DNA of 64,000 nt, taken from NCBI GenBank assembly GCA_964650515.1, contig CAZYUB010000011.1, positions 4,798 to 68,797 of the forward strand. The letters are read 5' to 3'. Of this stretch, positions 56,740 to 64,000 are shown piece after piece. The notes beneath the pieces are model-generated. The model made no database searches and had not been told where the DNA came from. It saw only the letters and a program-made list of their open reading frames with translations. This DNA is from an uncultured Planctomycetia bacterium. Lineage in GTDB: Bacteria; Omnitrophota; Gorgyraeia; Pluralincolimonadales; Pluralincolimonadaceae. The translations under genes were made by a program, and so were the position numbers. How positions within the stretch are numbered: the first letter of the stretch is position 1; every line of letters begins with the position of its first letter.

Positions 56740-59390
56740 CGCATCATCTCCATGGCGAAATCGAGTTCTTCCGCCTTCGTTTTTATCCTCCCGTCCAGCT
56801 TCGCGTAAAGCGCCTTCTCCATTATATCCTTGAAATGAGGTCCGGGTTTCACGCCTTCTTTCTTCAGGTCCTCGCCTCGCAAGTGCAGTTTTACTTCCGA
56901 ATATTTCTCCATGAAAGCCATTATCCTGCGCCTCGCGGCCTGCGAACCGCTCTTCGCGACCAGCATAAGCAACAGGTCCTGCGGATAATCCTTGAGGCAA
57001 TCATATACCTCGCTGGGCCTCATCTTGCCTCTCTTCGAAAGCGTTCCGAGGACTTTGTGCTGGTCCGCCTTGAAGCGGTTCAGCTTTTTTGAGTCGTCCT
57101 TCCTGAACACGAATTCAGAACATATCCTCTTCACATCGTCGGGACCTAGCCCGTCAAGCAGCGCCGCCATATACAGCAGCCAGCGTTCGGTGACGTGCTT
57201 CCTCTTGAGAACGCTTTTGTCGTACCATTTCAGGGCCTCTCCGGCCGAACCGAACATTGATACGACGGATTTCGCCAGCTTGAGGCCCTTATCGATGAAT
57301 CGCAGCTCATTGAGCTCGGAAAGCCTCCTGACCGCCTTCAACGGCTCTTCTTCCGAAAGGATGGCGATCATCTCGTCGCGTATCCTCTGCTTCTGGGTCC
57401 TGTCTACCATTTTCAGGCCGGCCGCCTTCTTTATCAGCTCTTCGGTATGCGGCTCTATCCTGAAATCGAACCTCTGTTCGAACCTTACCGCCCGGAAGAT
57501 CCTCGTCGGGTCGTCCACAAAACTCAGGTCATGCAGGGCCCTGATCCTGCCTTCCTTCAGGTCCTTCCTGCCGTTGAACGGGTCCAGCAGCTCGCCGAAC
57601 CTCTTCCTGCCGAGGCCCAGCGCCATCGCATTGATGGTGAAGTCCCTCCTGTAGAGGTCGTTCTCTATCGGCCCAAATTTGACCGTCGGGAGCGCCGCAG
57701 GACGCTCGTATATCTCGGTCCTCGTCATCGCGATATCTATCTTGCATTTCCCGCCGGCCGATCTGCCGGGAGCGATCCCTCTGGGACACGGGAAGAAGAC
57801 CGTACCCGTCCCGAACCTCTTATGGTATATATAGACGCCGCATAACTCCCCAGCCAGCCTTTTCGCGTAATCTATCGCGTTACCTTCTATGACTATATCC
57901 AGGTCGTAATTGCCCGTGCCGAGAATCAGGTCGCGGACGAAACCCCCGACTGCGAAAGCCTTGAAGCCCATCTCCTCGGCTATCCTCCCGGAGAACCTCA
58001 ATAGTTCTGCGACCTTTTCCGGCAGGACCCTCTTGATATTCGGAGTAAGGTCTACGGTAAAACCGCCCGTCCCGGGCGCCGGTTCCCCGAAGAGCCTTCC
58101 GTGGAACGTGCGTAGCAGGTCGGTCCTTGTAACGAGCCCGATGAACCTCCTGCCGTCCATTACAGGTACGCACCCGACCGATTTCTGCTGCATTATGTCC
58201 TGAATGGCATATATGGACGTTTCAGGGCCTGCCGGATATACTTTTCCCGACATGTAGCCCTTTAACCTCGCGTGGCCGAAGCCCCTTGATATCGCGCGGT
58301 CCAGGTCTTTTATCGATACGACCCCCGCAGGCATACCTGCGGCAAGTTTTCCGCGTATTGCGGCATATTCCGACCCCGACGCCGCAAGCTTTTCCTTTGC
58401 GTCGCTGACCGTCTCGTCAATTCCGAGAACCGGCGCACCGCCTTTTACGAGCTCCCCGGCCTTTATATCCGATCGTATGTGGCCCCTGAGGTATCCGAGC
58501 AGTTTCGCCCTGGCCTCCGGTAACCTGATACCTCTTATTACGGCGCCGGCTGCCGTAGGGTGCCCGCCCCCGCCAAAGAATGACGCAGCCTTAGACACAT
58601 CCACGAACGGCAGGCTGCTCCTCGCTATGAACTGGACCTTGTCCTTCGTCTGGACAAGTATGAAGGTCGCGTTGAAGTTCTCGGCCTCTTCTATCTTATG
58701 CGCCAGCAGGCTCAGGTCGTCCACATATTCATCGTCGGTCGCCGAGGCGATCGCGATGTGCACCCCGTTTACTACGTGTATCTCGGTCGACTGGATAAGG
58801 CGTGCGAGGAGGTTAAGTTCCTTTTCGGTGAGCTCTCTTTTAAGGTACGACGAGACGAGGTTAAGGTCCGCCCCCTGTGATACGAGGAAGCTGACGGTAT
58901 CTATATCCCGTTTCGTCGTCGTCGGGAATGTCAGGGACCCGGTGTCTTCGTATATCCCGAGCGCCATTATAGTCGCTTCGAGCGGAGTTATCCTGAGGCC
59001 CTGCTTCTTTACGATGTCACAGATTATTGTCGTGGTCGCCCCGGCCTTCTCGTACACGTCCTTGTCGGCCCTGATATCTCCGCGGGACCTCGGGTGGTGG
59101 TCATATACATGCACCTCCACGCCCTTCCTGCCCGCCAGGCCCGCCATCCTGCCTATTCGCGCCGGGGACCGCGTCTCGACCACGATAAGCCGCCCCACAT
59201 CATCAAGGCGCGCGTCCTTCTCCTGCTCTATCTTCACTATATCTGCGCCGAGGGACATAAACTCCCTCACGGCCCTCTCCTGCGAACCGGGCAGGACGAG
59301 CCTCGCGCCCGGATATAGCTTGCGCGCCGCCACCATCGACGCGAGCGCGTCGAAATCGGCGTTAGTATGGGTCGTTATAAGATCTGTCAA
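56730..59390 (-). CDS. Multidomain CCA-adding enzyme / poly(A) polymerase-family nucleotidyltransferase with N-terminal DHH-DHHA1 phosphoesterase and CBS pair
   Basis: 886 aa; N-terminal DHH motifs (HTNADFDALAS, DHH) and GGGH; CBS-like region; GGFVRDLILG + DxD polbeta-type NTase head; HD-like C-terminal body. Confidence 0.75.
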   Translation of the reverse strand: MTDLITTHTNADFDALASMVAARKLYPGARLVLPGSQERAVREFMSLGADIVKIEQEKDARLDDVGRLIVVETRSPARIGRMAGLAGRKGVEVHVYDHHPRSRGDIRADKDVYEKAGATTTIICDIVKKQGLRITPLEATIMALGIYEDTGSLTFPTTTKRDIDTVSFLVSQGADLNLVSSYLKRELTEKELNLLARLIQSTEIHVVNGVHIAIASATDDEYVDDLSLLAHKIEEAENFNATFILVQTKDKVQFIARSSLPFVDVSKAASFFGGGGHPTAAGAVIRGIRLPEARAKLLGYLRGHIRSDIKAGELVKGGAPVLGIDETVSDAKEKLAASGSEYAAIRGKLAAGMPAGVVSIKDLDRAISRGFGHARLKGYMSGKVYPAGPETSIYAIQDIMQQKSVGCVPVMDGRRFIGLVTRTDLLRTFHGRLFGEPAPGTGGFTVDLTPNIKRVLPEKVAELLRFSGRIAEEMGFKAFAVGGFVRDLILGTGNYDLDIVIEGNAIDYAKRLAGELCGVYIYHKRFGTGTVFFPCPRGIAPGRSAGGKCKIDIAMTRTEIYERPAALPTVKFGPIENDLYRRDFTINAMALGLGRKRFGELLDPFNGRKDLKEGRIRALHDLSFVDDPTRIFRAVRFEQRFDFRIEPHTEELIKKAAGLKMVDRTQKQRIRDEMIAILSEEEPLKAVRRLSELNELRFIDKGLKLAKSVVSMFGSAGEALKWYDKSVLKRKHVTERWLLYMAALLDGLGPDDVKRICSEFVFRKDDSKKLNRFKADQHKVLGTLSKRGKMRPSEVYDCLKDYPQDLLLMLVAKSGSQAARRRIMAFMEKYSEVKLHLRGEDLKKEGVKPGPHFKDIMEKALYAKLDGRIKTKAEELDFAMEMMRWE

Positions 59391-59983
59391 TAGAACAGCG
59401 AAACGCCCCCGATAACGGAGTTAGTGTCGATGCCGCCGTTCGGTTTCTTTATCCCGAGGTTCGAGATATGCCTGTAGCGGTATCCGACGTTGACCGCAAG
59501 GTTGTCCTTTATGAAATAGTAAAGGCCTGCCCCGCCGTGGTCTACGAAATTCGCATGCGAGCCCTGCTTCCTGGTCTTCTCGGATATATAGATGCCGCCC
59601 GTGCCGCCCTCTATATACGGGTAGAGCTTGTCCCCCAGGGGGAACATATATTTAAGCCCTAAACTGCATCCCGCTTCATACTCGGAACTGGGCTTGATCA
59701 CCGGGTTCGCGAAAGGTTCCACCATGAACAAGAGCGAGCCCTTCAAGCCGTTCCAATTCAGCCATTTCTTCAGGTTGAACCCGAACCTGCCCGCGATATA
59801 TACGTTGTTGTAATCCTTTGGCGCGCCGTCATCGCCTACATCGGCTGTTCCCCATCCCGAATAGAAACCCGCTTCCTTCAGGGTCGCGTCACTGTTTATG
59901 ATCTCGGCGGTCTCGGCCATTATTGCGGATGACGATACGAGCAGCGACGATACCAGAAGGAACACCTTGACAACCTTGGACAT
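59387..59983 (-). CDS. Small outer-membrane beta-barrel, PagL-like lipid A deacylase / acyloxyacyl hydrolase family (probable)
   Basis: 198 aa; signal peptide; alternating beta-strand pattern; HISN motif (RYRHISNLG) matching the PagL His/Ser site; C-terminal ..SLFY. Confidence 0.5.
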   Translation of the reverse strand: MSKVVKVFLLVSSLLVSSSAIMAETAEIINSDATLKEAGFYSGWGTADVGDDGAPKDYNNVYIAGRFGFNLKKWLNWNGLKGSLLFMVEPFANPVIKPSSEYEAGCSLGLKYMFPLGDKLYPYIEGGTGGIYISEKTRKQGSHANFVDHGGAGLYYFIKDNLAVNVGYRYRHISNLGIKKPNGGIDTNSVIGGVSLFY

Positions 59984-60000
59984 CTAAGCTCCCCCTTTCC

Positions 60001-60363
60001 TCATTTAGTGAACATCATCTTCAATGATATGATGAACATGAATATACCAAACATCCTCTGGAGAAACAAGTTCGAAAGCCCCACCGCCGTTTTCGCTCCC
60101 AACAACCCTCCGAGGATGAACCCCACGCACAGGAAAGCGGCGGCTTTCACATCGACATAGCCGCTTTTATAGTACACCATTGCGGCGAGTATCCCTATCG
60201 GCGGCAGCAGCATCGCCAGCGTCGTGCCCTGGGCCTGTATCTGCGTGAACTTGAACACATAGATGAGCGCGGGCACTATTATTATGCCTCCGCCGACCCC
60301 CATAAGGCCGCTGAGGCCTCCGGCCGCCAACCCTAATATAACATAAAGTAAGGCATGAAGCAT
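60001..60363 (-). CDS. TauE/SafE (TSUP, DUF81) family membrane protein, half-size (4 TM)
   Basis: 120 aa; Gly-rich TM helices ..GLMGVGGGIIIVP.. typical of TSUP. Confidence 0.7.
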   Translation of the reverse strand: MLHALLYVILGLAAGGLSGLMGVGGGIIIVPALIYVFKFTQIQAQGTTLAMLLPPIGILAAMVYYKSGYVDVKAAAFLCVGFILGGLLGAKTAVGLSNLFLQRMFGIFMFIISLKMMFTK

Positions 60364-60365
60364 CT

Positions 60366-61670
60366 TTAATCTCCTTTATTTGGCGCGCCGGCCTCTTCCG
60401 TCCAGCGCTTCTTATAAAACTCGTATGACTTCTTAAGTTGTCTCTTGAATATATTGTCGCTGCCGTCGCCCATCGATGTCACTCCAAAATATTCCTCATG
60501 GTCCGTCCTGTCGGGCGAATCCCAGTACCTGGTCCCGGGATTATGCTCAAACGGGCTGCCGTCCATATACCACCTGTCGAGATAATCGAATATGCAGCCG
60601 CCGACGCAATTGCCGGAGCGGTTCTTCTCCATATCCTTATAACATCCCTCGTGGTACTCGATCTGCATATCTTCGTCCTCTCCCTTGTTCTTGTCATACG
60701 AAAATATCCCGTATTCCGTAAGGAAGACGGGCCTGTCGAAATCTCTCCTGACCTGTTTCCACATCGTCGCAAATCCCCACTTCCCCGTATACGCGTTGAG
60801 CCCGAGTATGTCTATATCCGGCAGGTATTGCCTGTAAAGCGGAAGGTGGCTGCCCCTAAACCCTTCGCATATGCCGACAAGGTGGTCCGGGTCTGCCTGC
60901 TTTATCATCTTCGCGCATTCGTTGACCAGTGTCAGGTAATCCTGCATGTTGCTGCCGGCGTTGCACCTGGACCATGTCGCGATATTGTTCTCGTTGCCGA
61001 GGAGCCACATCAGCACATAGGGCTCGTCCTTGTTGTCCTCGACCATCGCCATTACCGACTTCTTGATATTCTCCCTCTGGACCGGATCGGTATAATCGCA
61101 TCCCTGGTCCCAGGTAGTGCCGCTGCCGACAGTCCATGACCCCATGAAATTCCCCATTATCGCGCGTATACCGTATTTGGAGAACATCTCCCTGAGCAGA
61201 GCCTTGTTCACCGGATGGTCATATTGCAGGCGGAAACTTTCGCTCTTGCGATATATATCCCCGAGGATGGGATTGTCCGAAGGCACGTGGTAGATGCGGA
61301 TCGTATTGCAGCCCATATCCTTCAATATCCGGAAATCCCCGACGGGTGACTCGCCGGGATCCTGCCTGTTATTCCTGTTGCTGTCCACCCATACGTCGCA
61401 GGCGATATCGTTCTTGCCGTTCTTGTCCTCATCGTAATACATCCAGTCGCGCATCGTCTCGTCGCCGGGCGACTCGCCGATCACGACAGGGCTGAATACT
61501 ACCCCCCTGATATAATACGGCTTCCCGTCCACCACGAGCTCCCATCTGCCGTCCGCGTATTTTACCGCCTTGGACTTTTTGCCTCCTCGCTCTTCAATGG
61601 GCTCCGCGGCTCCGGCGCAGGCATTCACGCATATTGCCGATAGGACAGCCAGAAAAACGATGATCCGCAT
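60366..61670 (-). CDS. Secreted/lipoprotein clan GH-A (beta/alpha)8 glycoside hydrolase, GH5-like
   Basis: Start at ATG 61670 (MRIIVFLAVLSAICVNACAGA signal/lipobox); LGNENN (acid/base NE) and FLTEYG (nucleophile TE) motifs. The track ORF's upstream 67 aa read through a tRNA gene and are rejected. Confidence 0.6.
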   Translation of the reverse strand: MRIIVFLAVLSAICVNACAGAAEPIEERGGKKSKAVKYADGRWELVVDGKPYYIRGVVFSPVVIGESPGDETMRDWMYYDEDKNGKNDIACDVWVDSNRNNRQDPGESPVGDFRILKDMGCNTIRIYHVPSDNPILGDIYRKSESFRLQYDHPVNKALLREMFSKYGIRAIMGNFMGSWTVGSGTTWDQGCDYTDPVQRENIKKSVMAMVEDNKDEPYVLMWLLGNENNIATWSRCNAGSNMQDYLTLVNECAKMIKQADPDHLVGICEGFRGSHLPLYRQYLPDIDILGLNAYTGKWGFATMWKQVRRDFDRPVFLTEYGIFSYDKNKGEDEDMQIEYHEGCYKDMEKNRSGNCVGGCIFDYLDRWYMDGSPFEHNPGTRYWDSPDRTDHEEYFGVTSMGDGSDNIFKRQLKKSYEFYKKRWTEEAGAPNKGD

Positions 61671-61705
61671 ATTTCGGTTACGATCCTCATGTTTCCTCCT
61701 CGTTC

Positions 61706-61728
61706 TATACGCCGGTGGAATTTCGGAG
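61706..61728. other. Perfect 10-bp inverted repeat GTGGAATTTC-gga-GAAATTCCAC between tRNA-Arg and the GH5-like start
   Basis: Seen directly; possible terminator/processing hairpin for the xerD-tRNA transcript (no U-tract) or an operator. Confidence 0.4.
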
Positions 61729-61782
61729 AAATTCCACTCGGCAGGACTCGGAGTGTCTTGGCTGCACATGCAGTCAAGACTA

Positions 61783-61859
61783 TGGTGCGCCTGGTGCGAA
61801 TTGAACGCACAACCTTCGGCTCCGGAGGCCAACGCTCTATCCAATTGAGCTACAGGCGC
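61783..61859 (-). tRNA. tRNA-Arg (anticodon CCG), 77 nt, CCA encoded
   Basis: Minus-strand GCGCCTGTAGCTCAATTGGATAGAGCGTTGGCCTCCGGAGCCGAAGGTTGTGCGTTCAATTCGCACCAGGCGCACCA folds as a cloverleaf: 7-bp acceptor stem, D-arm GCTC/GAGC, anticodon loop CTCCGGA, T-arm GTGCG-TTCAATT-CGCAC. Confidence 0.9.
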
Positions 61860-61867
61860 AAATCCTT

Positions 61868-62755
61868 TCAAGGTCGCGGGTGGAATTTCTGGTGTATCTG
61901 CTTCAACCGCTCCTTGTTAATATGCGTATATATCTGTGTCGTTGATATGTTCGCGTGCCCGAGCAGTTCCTGGACTATCCTCAGGTCCGCCCCGTTCTGC
62001 AGGAGATGCGTCGCGAACGAATGCCTCAACGTATGCGGCGTGACCCGTTTCTTTATCTTCGCGGCCTTTACGTAATGCTTTATTACCATCCAGAACGACT
62101 GCCTCGACATCGGTTTCCCGAGGCGCGTCAGGAAGAGCGACGCGGACTCCCCTTTTTTTATGAATTTCGGCCTTGCCTTCAGCAAATATTTTTCAAGCGC
62201 TTCCTTGGCTTTGCTGCCGACAGGTATTATCCTCTCCTTCTGGCCTTTCCCGAGGCACCTCACAAAACCCATGTCCATATGCAGGTCGGTAGATTTCAGG
62301 TTCACGAGCTCCGATACCCGCATTCCCGTCGCGTACATAAGCTCGAGCATCGCCTTGTCCCTTAGCCCCTGCTTCAGGCGCGTATTGGGGCTGTCGAGTA
62401 TCGCTTCGACTTCCTTCTCGTCGAGCACGTCCGGAAGCGTCTTCCAGAGCTTCGGCGTCTCTATGACGGATGTCACGTCTTCCTTCAGGATCCTCTGGCT
62501 CGTCAGGTACCTGTGGAAGACCTTTATCGCCACAAGGTTCCTCGCGATAGAGCTCGAGTTCAGCTTGCTGTCCTTGAGGCTCATGAGGAAATCCTGTATC
62601 TGCGCCCTCTTGACCTTGTTCAGGTCGGTTATCCCGCTCTTCTTGAGGTGCTGCGTGTATTTTGAGAGGTCCCTGCCGTAGGATTCGAGCGTGTTCCTGC
62701 TCAATCCGCGTTCTACGGAAATGAAGTCCATGAACTCCCTTATGAACTCTTCCAT
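61868..62755 (-). CDS. xerD: Tyrosine recombinase XerD
   Basis: 295 aa; ..LSRNTLESYGRDL.., R..HxLRH..Y catalytic pattern (HTLRHSFATHLL...GHANISTTQIYTH). Confidence 0.85.
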   Translation of the reverse strand: MEEFIREFMDFISVERGLSRNTLESYGRDLSKYTQHLKKSGITDLNKVKRAQIQDFLMSLKDSKLNSSSIARNLVAIKVFHRYLTSQRILKEDVTSVIETPKLWKTLPDVLDEKEVEAILDSPNTRLKQGLRDKAMLELMYATGMRVSELVNLKSTDLHMDMGFVRCLGKGQKERIIPVGSKAKEALEKYLLKARPKFIKKGESASLFLTRLGKPMSRQSFWMVIKHYVKAAKIKKRVTPHTLRHSFATHLLQNGADLRIVQELLGHANISTTQIYTHINKERLKQIHQKFHPRP

Positions 62756-63315
62756 CTATAGGAAAGGGTTCTCCTCTCTCTCTTGCCCCATCGTGGTCGA
62801 AGGCCCGTGGCCCGGGTATATCCTTGTCCGGTCATCGATCATTGCGGCCAACTTAACGAGCGACTCCGCCATCTGTTTATCCGATCCGCCGTTAAGGTCC
62901 GTCCTGCCTACGCTTCCCGCAAACAGCGTGTCACCGCTGAAAAGGATGTCCCCGCATTTCAGGCACACCGAACCCGGGCTATGCCCGGGCGTATGTATCA
63001 CCTCAAGCGAAAGGTCGCCGACCTTTATTATGTCGCCATCCTTTATGAACCTTAAATCCGACGCCGCTTTCGCGCCTGCGTCCGCCTTATGTATGAATAC
63101 CGGGAGACCGAATTCCCTGTTCGCGCCGGTATGGTCGAAATGCCCGTGCGTATTGATCACGCATTCCGCCTTAAGCCCGTCGTCTTTAAGCTGCTTGTTT
63201 ATGGCCCCGGCATCACCGCCCGGGTCTATAATGGCCGCCGCCTTAGTTTGGGCGCAGCCGAATATATAACAATTTGCCGCAAGGGGGCCTACCTGCTGCA
63301 CCCTTAATATATGTT

Positions 63316-63319
<4 letters not shown>
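62756..63319 (-). CDS. MBL-fold metallo-hydrolase (glyoxalase II-like)
   Basis: 187 aa; THGHFDHTG (HxHxDH) motif. Confidence 0.8.

Positions 63320-64000
<681 letters not shown>

Noticed and set aside
56740-57000. 87-aa N-terminal extension of the rbfA ORF
   Set aside because: It overlaps the 3' end of the upstream CCA-enzyme gene in another frame, and the translation is low-complexity Gly/Arg/Glu-rich. An internal ATG with a GGAG SD gives a canonical RbfA start.
61671-61871. N-terminal 67 aa of track ORF 60366-61871 (MKGFAPVAQLDRALAS...)
   Set aside because: This stretch is the translation of tRNA-Arg on the same strand. The real CDS starts at the signal-peptide ATG 61670.
61868-62755. Tyrosine recombinase next to a tRNA as a phage integrase / genomic-island boundary
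   Set aside because: The protein carries XerD-specific N-terminal signatures (LSRNTLESYGRDL) and a XerD-sized length, and its neighbours are housekeeping genes. No phage-like genes are present in the window. Kept only as a low-interest note about the flanking 11-bp repeat.

Overview
The window is a GC-rich bacterial chromosomal segment, probably Gram-negative given the outer-membrane beta-barrels, lipoproteins, PagL-like gene and PEP-CTERM protein. Almost all genes lie on the minus strand, consistent with leading-strand bias. Roughly 60 genes are recognisable, most of them housekeeping. From the low-coordinate end they include: lepA (partial), a phosphohexomutase, an M16 peptidase, ruvX, a ManC-like NTP transferase, trpA/trpB; then a tightly overlapping co-directional array recA-htrA-recX-alaS-hisDBHAFI-trpEGDCF-PilZ-htpX-dinG-CHASE2/PP2C sensor; a secreted discoidin-domain glycoside hydrolase with an amidohydrolase; cinA, a GAF-GGDEF cyclase with an SBP-like partner, thpR; pgpA-pgsA-rimO-rodZ-ftsK-pnp-rpsO-ribF-truB-nrnA-rbfA-(DHH-CBS-CCA enzyme)-PagL-like; a GH5-like hydrolase, tRNA-Arg(CCG), xerD, an MBL hydrolase and ligA (partial). 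The most interesting locus is a three-gene operon at 7361-15871. It is inserted between trpF and trpB and driven by a near-consensus sigma70 promoter. It encodes a TPR+beta-barrel outer-membrane protein (Slam/DUF560-like by architecture), a 2231-aa secreted protein, and a SurA-N-like mini-lipoprotein. The giant protein is extremely acidic and Gly/Tyr/Trp-rich, with two N-terminal FecR domains and divergent internal repeats. A divergent near-consensus promoter drives a neighbouring PEP-CTERM protein. I propose this as a candidate undescribed secretion / cell-surface system. All family assignments come from reading motifs in the translated ORFs; no database search was run.
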